This document shows, in pieces, positions 18,088-28,488 of a stretch of 64,000 nt of DNA. Origin of the DNA: Vulcanimicrobiota bacterium (GTDB lineage Bacteria > Vulcanimicrobiota > Vulcanimicrobiia > Vulcanimicrobiales > Vulcanimicrobiaceae); assembly GCA_963812155.1 (NCBI GenBank), contig CAWETW010000003.1, positions 352,001-416,000 on the forward strand, given 5' to 3'. Both the position numbers and the translations under genes were made by a program. The first letter of the stretch is position 1. Each line of letters opens with the position of its first letter. Below the pieces are notes generated by a model. It searched no databases, was not told the DNA's origin, and saw nothing but the letters and a program-made list of their open reading frames with translations.

Positions 18088-19284
18088 TCACGGCACGTAG
18101 GTGAAGATCGTACCGCGGCCGGTCGGGTCGCCGTGCGCCGTCGCGCCGTAGAGAACCCGATTCATCTCGACGAATCCTCCCGTCGGAACGCCGCCGTCGT
18201 GCCGGTCGTTTGCAAATTGGTGCAGCACCGAAAACGTGCCGTCTTTCTTGACTTGGAAGAACGTTCCGACGTAGTTCTGCGTGTTACCGAATCCTGCCGT
18301 GCCGTAGACTTTCGAACCGACTGCGATGACGCCGTGGGATCGTTTCCGTCGTCGGGGCTGCGGCGAACGAATGCAACACGATCTCGTGCCCTACGGCGTC
18401 GATGGAGTAGACGGTTCCCGCGTTGTTCGTTCCGCCGAAGGGGGTGATGCCGTAGAAGACGCCGTTGGCAAACGCCAGCGGAAGCCTTGAGGATATTCGC
18501 CGTCACCGGGCTTTCCCGCGAAAGTCGTAGAGCGTCGTCTTTTGACCTTTGAACGTCATCGTAAAGAACGTGCCGCAACCGACGGCGTAACATGCGGTGC
18601 CGCCGCCCGTGCTCGTCGTACCGTAGAGGCGCCGCCTTTCGCGAACAGATTTCCGCTCGGGTTCGCACCGTCGCTTCCGCCTTGAAAGTTATAGAGCACG
18701 CGCTTGGATCCGGAGACCGGATCGATCGAGAAGATCGTGCCTTCGTTCGAAGTCCCGCCGTTCGGTGTTGCGCCGTAGAGACGGCCGTTTGCCGCGATGA
18801 CGCCGTGGGCTCGCTTCCGTCGCGTCCCGCCTTTGAAACTGTAGAGGACGCGTTCCGACCCCGAGGTGGTAACGCAAAGACACGGTACCGTCACCGTGCG
18901 TTCCGCCGGCGTAGGTGGTGCCGTAGAGCGTCCCTTTGAGGGCCGTAAGGTCTTCGGGAATGTTACCGTCGGGGTGTCCGGCAAAGTTGTAGACGACGTG
19001 CTCGGCCCCGACGCGTCGACGGCATAGACGATGCCCTTGCCGTTCGCTCCGGCCTCAGTGTCTACACCGTAGATCGTCCCGTCGAGCGCCACGAGGCGGC
19101 CGGCCGGCCACTTGCCGTCGTTTGGTCCGCCCTTGAAGCCGTAGAGTTCTCTGTAGATTTGGCCGCCGGAGAAGGTTTTCATGGCGCTCGGGGCGCTGCT
19201 GCCGAGCCCCGGCGTCATCGTGCCCGCCGATTGGGAGCAAGCCGTAAGGAGCAGTATGCAGAAAAGAATGCCGGCAATGCGCAT
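18088..19284 (-). pseudogene. GloVer-type tandem-repeat lipoprotein, heavily disrupted (or mis-assembled)
   Basis: Lipobox LTAC; repeats such as LYGFKGGPNDGKWPAGRL, ERVLYSFKGG, LYGATPNGG..GTIFSI spread over several frames; ends ..GTIFTYVP-TGA at 18088. Confidence 0.7.
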
Positions 19285-19353
19285 GATGATGCCCTCTTTT
19301 TTGTCGCCGCTACGTTCGGCTCGCCGGGAGTGCGAACCTACTTTCGGCCGGCC

Positions 19354-20313
19354 GTGAGCGCCGGCGCAGTTGACGTTCGTGCCGCCGCGCAACGCTTGGC
19401 CGGCGTCGCGTACCGTACGCCGGTCGTACGCTCGCGTACGCTCGACGCTTTAACCGATGCCGAGGTGTTCGTCAAATGCGAGAACTTCCAACGCATGGGT
19501 GCATTCAAGTTTCGCGGTGCGTACAATTTCCTCGCGTCGCTTTCACCCGGCGAGCGCGCCGGCGGCGTCGTGGCGTTTTCCAGCGGCAACCACGCTCAAG
19601 GGGTCGCATTGGCGGCCCGGATGCTCGGCGTCGACGCGACGATCGTCATGCCCTCCGATGCGCCGGCGGGAAAGCTTGCCGCCACGCGCGCGTACGGCGC
19701 GCAGATCGTGCTCTACGAACGCGAGCGTTCGCATCGTGAAGAGATCGCGCGCGGCATCGCCGGCGAACGGGGCGCGACGGTCGTGCCGCCGTTCGACGAT
19801 CCGCGCATCGTCGCCGGTGCGGGCACGGCCGCGCTCGAACTCCTCGAAGAAGCGGAGAGGCTCGATGCAATCGTCGTACCGGTCGGCGGCGGCGGCCTGA
19901 TGGGCGGCACCGCGCTGGCCGCACATGGAATCGATCCGAAGATCTCCGTGTACGGCGTCGAGCCGGAAGCAGGCGACGATTTCGCGCGCTCGCTGGCGGC
20001 CGGCGAGCGCATCTCTATTCAGGTGCCGCGCACGATCGCCGACGGACTCCAAACGACGGCGCCCGGAATGGTGACGTTTGCAATCGCGCAACGGCACGGG
20101 TGCCGCGTCGTCACGGTGAGCGACGGCGAATTGCGCGACGCGATGCGATTTGCGTTCGAGCGCATGAAGCTGGTCGTCGAACCGAGCGCCGCCGCGCCCC
20201 TGGCCGCGTTACTGCACAAGCGCATCCCCGAACTCTGCGGCATGCGCGTCGGAACGATCGTCAGCGGAGGGAACGTGGACGCAGCCCGCTTCGCACAGTT
20301 GCTTTCGCTCTGA
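19354..20313 (+). CDS. PLP-dependent threonine/serine dehydratase family enzyme
   Basis: KCENFQRMGAFKFRGA, SSGNHAQG, PVGGGGL, SGGNVD. Confidence 0.92.
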   Translation: MSAGAVDVRAAAQRLAGVAYRTPVVRSRTLDALTDAEVFVKCENFQRMGAFKFRGAYNFLASLSPGERAGGVVAFSSGNHAQGVALAARMLGVDATIVMPSDAPAGKLAATRAYGAQIVLYERERSHREEIARGIAGERGATVVPPFDDPRIVAGAGTAALELLEEAERLDAIVVPVGGGGLMGGTALAAHGIDPKISVYGVEPEAGDDFARSLAAGERISIQVPRTIADGLQTTAPGMVTFAIAQRHGCRVVTVSDGELRDAMRFAFERMKLVVEPSAAAPLAALLHKRIPELCGMRVGTIVSGGNVDAARFAQLLSL

Positions 20314-20330
20314 GCACCTGACGCGACGGG

Positions 20331-20901
20331 TTAGCGGCCCATGGAATAAAATTCGGCGTTGGGACGCATGTCCATCAGGCCGGCCATGCGATTGGAGAAG
20401 CCGAAAAACGCCGCAATTGCGGCGATGTCCCAAACGTCGTCGCTGGAGAAGCCCTGCGCGCGCAGCGCGTCGATCTCCGCATCGCTTGCGGCGAACCCGC
20501 GCTCGTTCACGCGCGACGCAAACTCGAGCATCGCGCGCCAGCGCGGCGAGAGCTCGGCGGTGCGCCAGTTGTTGGCGATTTGCTCGGCGAGCTACGGGGT
20601 CTTTGCCGAGAATGCGTAAGGCCGCGCCGTGCGCCGTCATGCAATACTGACAGCGGTTCTCCGACGAAACGGCGACGACGATCGCCTCGCGCTCCGCGCG
20701 ATTGAGTCCCCCGGGCGCCTTCATGAGCACGTCGTGGTACGCCATGAACGCGCGGAAGTGGTCGGGACGCCGCGCGTACGCGCGAAAGACGTTTGGCACG
20801 AAACCGATTTTCTCGCGATTCGCGCGATAGATTTCGGCGATATCCGCCGGCAGCTCCGCTTCGGACGGTTCTCCGAAGCGGGATGCCGGCGAATCACGCA
20901 T
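20331..20901 (-). CDS. Peroxidase-related AhpD/CMD family enzyme (one frameshift near 20590)
   Basis: GFVPNVF, EREAIVVAVSSENRCQYCMTAHG; C-terminus FFGFSNRMA..PNAEFY in another frame. Confidence 0.85.
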
Positions 20902-20910
20902 GCGATGCTC

Positions 20911-21330
20911 CTACGACGTCTTGATGTCGCCGCACGAGACGTACGTTCCCAAGTCCGTAGTACTCTTGTGAACGTTGATCGCAAACGTTCCCGACGTCAG
21001 CTGATGGAGCGACTCGCCTTTGAGGACCGTCCTCGAGACGCCTTTAGCGACGTTTGTCAAGGGGTACTGCGGCGCAGGATTGAGTTTCGCGCAGGTTCCC
21101 GCATGGATGTGCGCAGGCTGATCCTCGGCGGGCGCGTTCTTGAGGAGAATGGCGACGACGACGCCGTCGTTGGTTTGGGTCAGCGTTGCGCTGCCATCCT
21201 CACCCGAGCCGTTCTGCGCGTTCATCGTGACGGTCACGACAGTGCCGGTGGCCATTTGGGCCGAGGCCGGGATGGCGCACGCGAGGCCGGCGAGAATCGA
21301 GACGGCAAGCGCGAGACGTAAGGCATTCAT
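20911..21330 (-). CDS. Secreted CHRD/Cu-Zn SOD-like protein
   Basis: Signal peptide; QPAHIHAGTCAKL, AINVHKS, YVSCGDI; RBS upstream. Confidence 0.75.
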   Translation of the reverse strand: MNALRLALAVSILAGLACAIPASAQMATGTVVTVTMNAQNGSGEDGSATLTQTNDGVVVAILLKNAPAEDQPAHIHAGTCAKLNPAPQYPLTNVAKGVSRTVLKGESLHQLTSGTFAINVHKSTTDLGTYVSCGDIKTS

Positions 21331-21390
21331 TGCTGAGGTCTCCTTTCCAGCGTTGGGTTTGTCCATGCTGGTTACCCGGGAAGTGCGGCG

Positions 21391-24330
21391 CTACCCTGGT
21401 TTCGGCGCGCCGTGCGCCTCCAATTCCATCAGGCGGCCGCTCAACGTCGCGAGCGCCTCTACGGCTTGCGAGGTCGGGGCAGCGTCGGCTCCGTCGACGG
21501 TGTCGAGGAGATTTGCGGCCTCGTCGTTGATCGATTCGAAGAGCCGCGCGTCGGCATCCCGGCCTGCGCTTTTAGCCGCTGCCGCATCGCGTAGACTGCG
21601 ATCCATCATCGATGCCAGCGCGCGCGCAGCGTCGTATTGGTGCCGCAGTTGCGCCGCAGCGATCGAGACGCGCGGATCCATCACGACGGTCAGCGGCTGC
21701 CTGACCGACAATCCATCCGCATCGAGCGTCACCATGTAGCGTCCCGGCAAAACCAGTGGACCCTGCGGAACGCGCGGCGTGTCGTGCGGGACGGCCGAAA
21801 TCGGCAAATCGTGCGACACCGCCTGCGGCGGCCGTTCGCGCACGTCCCACACGAAGCGGTGCATGCCTTCGCCGGTCGCCGGCCGCCGGAAGGGGCGCTC
21901 CCAATACGCCGGCTTGTCGAGATCCGGAATCGGCGCCGGCTCGGGATCGTCGCTGGCGTAGCGGCGAACGACGCGACCGCTCGCATCGGCAATGACGATC
22001 GTGACGCGTCGCGCATTCCGCGCCAGTGCGTAGTCGATAATCGCGCCGTCGGGCGGATTCTCTCCCGCGGGCTCCTCGGGCGGCAGCGGCGTATCGGTGT
22101 TCAGGCTGCGGCGCACGCGATACGCCGTCTCCGGAGCGTAGAGATACGCGCGCCGCGCGAGCGGATCGGCGTTGCGCGCTAATGCGCGTAGCGGCGTGAC
22201 GTCGTCGAGTATCCAGAAACCGCGTCCGTGCGTCGCGACGATCGCGTCGTTACCGTGCACGATGATGTCGCGCACCGACGTATGCGGAAGGTCGAGCTGC
22301 AGACTCTGCCAATGCGCGCCTGCATCGAAAGAGACGTACGCACCGTTTTCGGTTGCTGCGTAGAGCAGGCGCGGTTCCTGGGGATCCTGGCGCACGGCGT
22401 TGACCGGCTCGTTCGGAAGCCCGTTGACGGCCGCTTGCCAATGCCCCCCACTGTCGTGCGTGACGTAGACGTACGGCCGTAAGTCGTTTAAGCGGAAGCG
22501 ATTCACCGCGACGAACGCCGTGCCGTCGTCTTCACGCGACGCGTCGATCTGCGCCACCTTGCTCCACGGCGTCAGCTCCGGCGGCGAGACGTTGCGCCAA
22601 TGCCCGCCGCCGTCGCGCGTGATCCATACCAGTCCGTCGTCGGTGCCGGCCCACACCGTCCCGCCACGGCGGTACGACGGTGCGATGGCGTACACGACGC
22701 CGCGGTGCATGCCGCGCTGCGGATCGGCGCTCTCGAACGAGCCGAGCACCGCCGGCACGCCGGCATGGCGCCGAGTGAGGTCGGGACTGATCGCGCGCCA
22801 AGACGATCCGCCGTCGACGGTCGCGAACACCACGTCGGAGCCGAAGTACAGACGGCGGCGATCGAAGTGATCGAAGGCGAGCGGCTCCGTGCGTACGACG
22901 CGATACCGTTTCGACGGCAGCGCGATCGGCGAGACTTCTTGCGTTTGGCCGGTGCGCTCGACGAACCGTTCGACTTTTCCACCGAAAAAGACGCCCGGAT
23001 GCAGCGGGTCCGCAATCACGTAGCCGTATTCCTGCGCGCCGACGGTGAACCAATCGCGCTGCGTGATCGCGCCCCAATCGCCGCGGCTGAGCACGCAGGC
23101 CGACCCGCTCTCCTGTTGGCCGCCGCAGACGCGATACGGGAACCGGTCGTCGGCCGAAACGTGATACATCTGCGCGGTCGGCTGATTGTACCAGGTGCTC
23201 CAGGTGCGTCCGTGGTTGACGGAGATCGTCGCGCCTTGATCGGCGGCGAGCGCGATGACGTTCGAGTTCCCGGGATCGATCCACACCGTGTGATAGTCGT
23301 CGCCGCCCGGCGCGCCCTTGAACGCGACGAACGTCTTGCCGCCGTCGCTCGAGCGGTACGCCGCCGTGTTCGTGAGGTAGAGGACGTTGGCGTCGTGCGG
23401 GTCGACGGCGATCGATACGAGATCGTCCCCGCGCTGGGCGATCGCGGCATCGCCGTTGGTTTTCGCGAAATGCGCGCCGGCGTCGTCGCTGCGATAGACG
23501 GCCCCGCCGTTATCGGGCGTATCGGCATACGCGTAGACGATTTGGGGATTGCTCGGGGCCGCCGCGATTTCTGCGCGCCCGATGCGCTGCGGCAATCCGT
23601 TCGTCAACTGCGACCACGTCGTTCCGCCGTCGACGGATTTGTAGATGCCGCTTCCGGGAATTTCGAAGGAGCCGCCGATCTCCCACGGCGCTTGGCGCGC
23701 GGCCCACAGCGTCGCGTAGACGACGTCGGGGTTCTGCGGATCGAGCACGACGTCGTATGCGCCCACGTTTTCGTCTTTGAAAAGTACGCGCGCGAACGTC
23801 GCGCCGCCGTCGAGCGAACGATAGATCCCGCGTTGATCGTTCGGTCCGAACGGATGGCCGAGTACTGCAACGAACAAACGGCCGGCATTCTTCGGATCGA
23901 CCGCGATCGCCGGGATCTGCTGACCGTCGCGCAAGCCGAGATGCGTCCAGGTCGCGCCGGCGTCGGTTGACTTGTAGATGCCGTCGCCGATGGCGAGATC
24001 GGGGCGCTGCAATCCCTCGCCGCTGCCGGCGTAGATGACGTTCGGATCGCTCGCCGCCACCGCGAGCGCGCCGATCGATCCGGTCGGCTGCGAATCGAAA
24101 ATCGGCGACCAGGTTCGCCCGGCATCGTCGCTCTTCCACACGCCGCCGTTGACGACGCCGATATAGAAGAGATTCGGACGTCCGGCCACGCCCGCGATCG
24201 AGGTCGTGCGGCCGCCGCGCAGCGGTCCTACCGAGCGCCAATGCATGTCGCGGTAGAGCGCCGGCGAAACGCCCGCGCATGCAATCGCGGTGACGGCGAG
24301 CGCGAGCGTCCGCGCGACGATCGCTCGCAT
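21391..24330 (-). CDS. Secreted VPS10/BNR (Asp-box) repeat glycoside hydrolase-like protein
   Basis: WRSVGPLRGGR; many S-x-D-x-G-x-T/S-W repeats; ATHGRGFWILDD. Confidence 0.9.
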   Translation of the reverse strand: MRAIVARTLALAVTAIACAGVSPALYRDMHWRSVGPLRGGRTTSIAGVAGRPNLFYIGVVNGGVWKSDDAGRTWSPIFDSQPTGSIGALAVAASDPNVIYAGSGEGLQRPDLAIGDGIYKSTDAGATWTHLGLRDGQQIPAIAVDPKNAGRLFVAVLGHPFGPNDQRGIYRSLDGGATFARVLFKDENVGAYDVVLDPQNPDVVYATLWAARQAPWEIGGSFEIPGSGIYKSVDGGTTWSQLTNGLPQRIGRAEIAAAPSNPQIVYAYADTPDNGGAVYRSDDAGAHFAKTNGDAAIAQRGDDLVSIAVDPHDANVLYLTNTAAYRSSDGGKTFVAFKGAPGGDDYHTVWIDPGNSNVIALAADQGATISVNHGRTWSTWYNQPTAQMYHVSADDRFPYRVCGGQQESGSACVLSRGDWGAITQRDWFTVGAQEYGYVIADPLHPGVFFGGKVERFVERTGQTQEVSPIALPSKRYRVVRTEPLAFDHFDRRRLYFGSDVVFATVDGGSSWRAISPDLTRRHAGVPAVLGSFESADPQRGMHRGVVYAIAPSYRRGGTVWAGTDDGLVWITRDGGGHWRNVSPPELTPWSKVAQIDASREDDGTAFVAVNRFRLNDLRPYVYVTHDSGGHWQAAVNGLPNEPVNAVRQDPQEPRLLYAATENGAYVSFDAGAHWQSLQLDLPHTSVRDIIVHGNDAIVATHGRGFWILDDVTPLRALARNADPLARRAYLYAPETAYRVRRSLNTDTPLPPEEPAGENPPDGAIIDYALARNARRVTIVIADASGRVVRRYASDDPEPAPIPDLDKPAYWERPFRRPATGEGMHRFVWDVRERPPQAVSHDLPISAVPHDTPRVPQGPLVLPGRYMVTLDADGLSVRQPLTVVMDPRVSIAAAQLRHQYDAARALASMMDRSLRDAAAAKSAGRDADARLFESINDEAANLLDTVDGADAAPTSQAVEALATLSGRLMELEAHGAPKPG

Positions 24331-25220
24331 TACGCCTTGGTCACGCGGCCGACGAACGCGGCGATCTCCGAAAAGGCTTCGCGCGATTCCGGCAGTCCGG
24401 CGAAGATGTGCCACACGTGGGGAACGCCCTCCCAGAGCCGCAACGTCGAATCCACGCCGGCCGAGCGCGCCTTGGCATCGAGCCGCACCGCGTCGTCGCA
24501 CAATCGTTCGATCGTACTGGCCTGAATCATCAACGGCGGCAGGCCGTGCAAATCGGCGTAGAGACCGGATGCGAGCGGATCGTCGAAGGCGCCGTCGCCG
24601 ACGTACGCGTGCGCGATGCGCCCTTCGCCGCGCGTCGCCGTCGCAAGCGCCGTTGGAAGATCTACCCAGGGCGCGATGAGCACGGCGCCGGCCGGCGGGG
24701 GCTCGTGCGCGTCGCGCAGCGCGAGCAGCGTCGAGAGCGCCAAGCCGCCGCCGGCCGAATCGCCGGCGATGACGATCGACTGCGGCGCAATGCCCGCTGC
24801 GAGCAGCCAGCGATATCCGGCAATCGCATCGTGCAGCGCCGCGGGAAAGCGATGCTCGGGAGCGAGACGGTAGTCGAGCGCAAAGACGCGCGCTTCGCAA
24901 CGGCGGCAGAAAGCACCGGTGAGGGTGCGGTACGTCGCGGGCGAACCGGCGACGAATCCGCCGCCGTGCAAGTAGTAGACGACGGTCGCCGCGTTGGGAT
25001 CGGCGTTGAGCAACAGCCATTCACCGCGCACGCCCGCCGCGCGATCCTCAACGCTCACGCGCGTCGTTCCGCGCGGCACGCGTCCGAAAAGCAACGCCGT
25101 GCGCCCGATGAACCGGCGGTAGCGGCGCACGAAGTGCGGGCTGGCAACGGTGCGCGCCCCGGGAATTCTGCGCGTGGCCGCAACCATGAGGCGCAGCGCG
25201 CGCGCGCCCAGACTCGCCAC
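24330..25220 (-). CDS. Alpha/beta hydrolase (HSL-family esterase)
   Basis: HGGGF, DYRLAPEHRFPAA, GDSAGG, HVW. Confidence 0.92.
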   Translation of the reverse strand: MASLGARALRLMVAATRRIPGARTVASPHFVRRYRRFIGRTALLFGRVPRGTTRVSVEDRAAGVRGEWLLLNADPNAATVVYYLHGGGFVAGSPATYRTLTGAFCRRCEARVFALDYRLAPEHRFPAALHDAIAGYRWLLAAGIAPQSIVIAGDSAGGGLALSTLLALRDAHEPPPAGAVLIAPWVDLPTALATATRGEGRIAHAYVGDGAFDDPLASGLYADLHGLPPLMIQASTIERLCDDAVRLDAKARSAGVDSTLRLWEGVPHVWHIFAGLPESREAFSEIAAFVGRVTKA

Positions 25221-25223
25221 CGC

Positions 25224-25904
25224 CTACATTCGTCTCCCGTTGCGGTTGCCGCGGCGTTTCGGCGCGAACGGCGAACCGATCTTCCACGACGTCTTACGCG
25301 GAAGGCCTTCGTCGACGTCGTCGCAGCCGATCGGCGTAAACTCGCGACAATCGCCCGGCCGCCCTTCGTAAATGCCGCAGTAGTAGCGGCCGCTGCGCGG
25401 ACCCTTGAGAAACATGCATTTATCGGCAAGGTCGTCGCCGACCTTACGCAGCCAGCCGACGTAGAACCCGTCGGCGGAGGCACGTTCCACGACGTAGTCG
25501 CGCATCACGTCGGCGTACGGCATCGAGAGATGCTCGGCAATACGCTGCACGTCGGCACGGCTGACGAAGGGCTCGTAGCCGCTACAGCACTCCGCGCAGC
25601 CCGGCGGGCACGCCACGTTGTCGGGCATGTCTTTGAGGTGCTTGCGCGCCAGATCGATGACTTTTGCGACGGCTTTGACGAACTCCGGATCGTCGTTGTA
25701 TTTATACGTCCACTCTCGCTTCGAAATCTCGTTCACGTTGTAGAAGCGGGTCGTCTTTTCGTCGAACTCGACGGTGACGTGTTCTTCGTCTATCTCGATT
25801 TTATTGACGTGTTGAATCGGACGCGCGTCGAGCAGTTCGGGATGCGTCGGCTGCCCCGTGCGCCGTGAAAAGTTCCGTAGGGCTATGAGGTCGATGGTCT
25901 CCAT
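25224..25904 (-). CDS. YkgJ/UPF0153 cysteine-cluster protein
   Basis: CPPGCAECC, CMFL, CGIYEGRPGDCREF. Confidence 0.8.
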   Translation of the reverse strand: METIDLIALRNFSRRTGQPTHPELLDARPIQHVNKIEIDEEHVTVEFDEKTTRFYNVNEISKREWTYKYNDDPEFVKAVAKVIDLARKHLKDMPDNVACPPGCAECCSGYEPFVSRADVQRIAEHLSMPYADVMRDYVVERASADGFYVGWLRKVGDDLADKCMFLKGPRSGRYYCGIYEGRPGDCREFTPIGCDDVDEGLPRKTSWKIGSPFAPKRRGNRNGRRM

Positions 25905-25966
25905 GCGTCGGTCGATTCCCCCGCCGTGCGGGTGCGGCCTGTGGGTGCGCCAAACATAAAAGCGAT

Positions 25967-26929
25967 ATGCGTACGGCAATCGGCGTAGACCTCGGCGGAT
26001 CGCACGTCACCGCGGCCGTCGTCACCGACGACGGGGCGATTCATTCTCAACACGAGCAGGACCTCGACGATCTCGCCTTCGAGCCGGTCGTCGACGCGGT
26101 CGGAACGCAGATCGCGGCCGCGCTGAAGGAGGCCGGCTCGAGCGTCGCCGGCATCGGCATCGGTTCGCCGGGAAACATCGACGCCGCGAGCGGCGCCGTG
26201 CTGTACAGTCCCAATTTCGGATGGTCGAACGCGCCGCTCGGCGCTGCGCTGCGCAAACGCTTCGGCGTACCGGTCTTCGTCGGCAACGATGCGCGCTGTG
26301 CGACGCTCGGCGAACACGTTTACGGCAGCGGACGCGGAACGAGCGATTTCGTTTTGCTGACGTTAGGCACGGGAATCGGCGGCGGCATCGTCGCCGGGGG
26401 CAGGTTGATGCTCGGCTACAAATGGGGAGCCGGCGAAATCGGGCACCACCAAATCCGTCCGACCGACGGCTTCGTTTGCGGTTGCGGAAAGATCGGCTGC
26501 TTCGAGGCGCAGGCGTCGGGAACCGGATTGATTCGGCACGCATTTGCGGTGGCGCCGTCGTTTCCGCGCAGTCCGCTGCTCGACGTCGCCCGCGACAAAC
26601 TCAGCTCGAAAAAAATTCGCAAGGCGGCGCAGGCCGGCGACAAGCACGCAATGGCCGCGTGGAACCGCTTCACCGCCGACCTGGCGCTCGGTTTGGCCAA
26701 CGTCATCGCGTTCGTCAATCCCGAAACGATCGCGCTGGGAGGCGGCGTTTCGTCGGCCGGAGATTTCATGCTCGACGCGATTCGCGCGCCGGTGGATGCG
26801 TTGACGACGATGGTTCCCAAAGGAACGACGGAGTTGCGGATCGCGGCGCTCGGTAACGATGCCGGGCAAGTCGGGGCTGCCGTGATGGCGTTGAACGGCG
26901 GGCTCTCGGGGGATGCGGCGTCCGCCTAA
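25967..26929 (+). CDS. ROK family sugar kinase (glucokinase-like)
   Basis: [42 protein letters not shown]. Confidence 0.92.
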   Translation: MRTAIGVDLGGSHVTAAVVTDDGAIHSQHEQDLDDLAFEPVVDAVGTQIAAALKEAGSSVAGIGIGSPGNIDAASGAVLYSPNFGWSNAPLGAALRKRFGVPVFVGNDARCATLGEHVYGSGRGTSDFVLLTLGTGIGGGIVAGGRLMLGYKWGAGEIGHHQIRPTDGFVCGCGKIGCFEAQASGTGLIRHAFAVAPSFPRSPLLDVARDKLSSKKIRKAAQAGDKHAMAAWNRFTADLALGLANVIAFVNPETIALGGGVSSAGDFMLDAIRAPVDALTTMVPKGTTELRIAALGNDAGQVGAAVMALNGGLSGDAASA

Positions 26930-27017
26930 GTGGAGCTTTCTCATCGAACCGCCATTGCGCGCGCCGGTTAACGCTGTATGCTCGCGGGAAAGACCGCGAT
27001 GGAGGTCGGTCGGAAGC

Positions 27018-28448
27018 ATGCTGAAACGAAACGTGTTGATTGCAACGGCCGCGGCGCTCGCGCTGATCGGCGGAGCGTGTCTCGCGCTGACGACGGCGGC
27101 CTCGCGCTCGGCGATGAACGAGGGCGGCATTCACAAGATCCGGCACGTCGTGATCATCATGCAAGAAAACCGCTCCTTCGATACCTATTTCGGCACGTTT
27201 CCCGGCGCCGACGGCATTCCGATGAAGGACGGCGTTCCCACCGTCTGCATACCGCAGCCGAGCGGTCCGTGCGTACGGCCCTACCGCGATACGCTCGATC
27301 GCAATCGCGGCGGCCCGCACAACTTCGGCGCGGCAAAGAACGACATCAACGGCGGCAAGATGGATGGCTTTCTAACGTCGACGCGCGTCGGCCGAAAGTG
27401 CCGGGGCGTCGACGATCCCAGTTGCGTGAAGCGCGCCGGAAAAGGCGACGTGATGGGGTACCACGACGACCACGACCTTCCGAACTATTGGGCGTACGCG
27501 CGCGATAACGTGCTGCAGGATCGCATGTTCGAAAACATCGCGTCGTGGAGTTTGCCGCAGCATCTGTTCATGGTGTCGGAGTGGTCGGCGAGTTGTCCGC
27601 AACTGCAGGTCGCGATGAGCTGCGTCAACGAGCCGGAGTCGCCGGATCCGCCGGGCGACATGCGCCGCCGGACCGGCACCCGCGGCGAAGGGCGGCCCGA
27701 CTATGCGTGGACCGATCTCACGTATCTGCTCCATCGCGCTCACGTCAGTTGGGCGTACTACGTCATGGCGGGTACCGAGCCCGACTGCGCCAACGGCATC
27801 GACGGCTGCCGTGCGCGACGCCAGAATTCGCGCACGCCGGGGATATGGAACGTCTTACCGGGCTTCGACACCGTTAAAGAGGACGGCGAACTCGGCAACG
27901 TTCAGGATCTGCGCAAATTTTACGCCGCCGCAAAGGACGGCACGCTGCCGAGCGTCGTGTGGATTTGCCCTTCGAACGCGTACAGCGAACATCCGCCCGG
28001 GCTGGTCAGCGCCGGCCAAGCCTACGTGACGGGCTTGGTCAATGCGATTGCACGCGGTCCGGACTGGGACAGCACCGCGATCTTTCTCTCGTGGGACGAC
28101 TGGGGCGGATTCTACGATCACGTTCCGCCGCCGAAGGTCGACGAAAACGGTTACGGCATCCGCGTGCCCGGTATCGTCATCAGTCCTTACGCGCGCCGCG
28201 GTTACATCGACCATCAAGTGCTCAGTCACGACGCGTACGTGAAGTTCATCGAAGACGACTTCTTGAACGCCGAACGCATCGATCCGAAGACGGACGGCCG
28301 CCCCGACCGGCGTCCGGACGTGCGCGAGAACGCCTCGCAGCTGGGCGATTTACGCTCCGACTTCGATTTCAATCAGTCGCCGCGCCGGCCCGAGGTGCTT
28401 CCGAACGGTACCGTCTGGATGGGTACCGGCACCGTTCCGGAACACTGA
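27018..28448 (+). CDS. Secreted phosphoesterase/phospholipase C family protein (paralogue 3)
   Basis: [48 protein letters not shown]. Confidence 0.92.
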   Translation: MLKRNVLIATAAALALIGGACLALTTAASRSAMNEGGIHKIRHVVIIMQENRSFDTYFGTFPGADGIPMKDGVPTVCIPQPSGPCVRPYRDTLDRNRGGPHNFGAAKNDINGGKMDGFLTSTRVGRKCRGVDDPSCVKRAGKGDVMGYHDDHDLPNYWAYARDNVLQDRMFENIASWSLPQHLFMVSEWSASCPQLQVAMSCVNEPESPDPPGDMRRRTGTRGEGRPDYAWTDLTYLLHRAHVSWAYYVMAGTEPDCANGIDGCRARRQNSRTPGIWNVLPGFDTVKEDGELGNVQDLRKFYAAAKDGTLPSVVWICPSNAYSEHPPGLVSAGQAYVTGLVNAIARGPDWDSTAIFLSWDDWGGFYDHVPPPKVDENGYGIRVPGIVISPYARRGYIDHQVLSHDAYVKFIEDDFLNAERIDPKTDGRPDRRPDVRENASQLGDLRSDFDFNQSPRRPEVLPNGTVWMGTGTVPEH

Positions 28449-28488
28449 CTCGACATAAATAGAGCGGAGCCTCCGGTCGCGGTGACGA

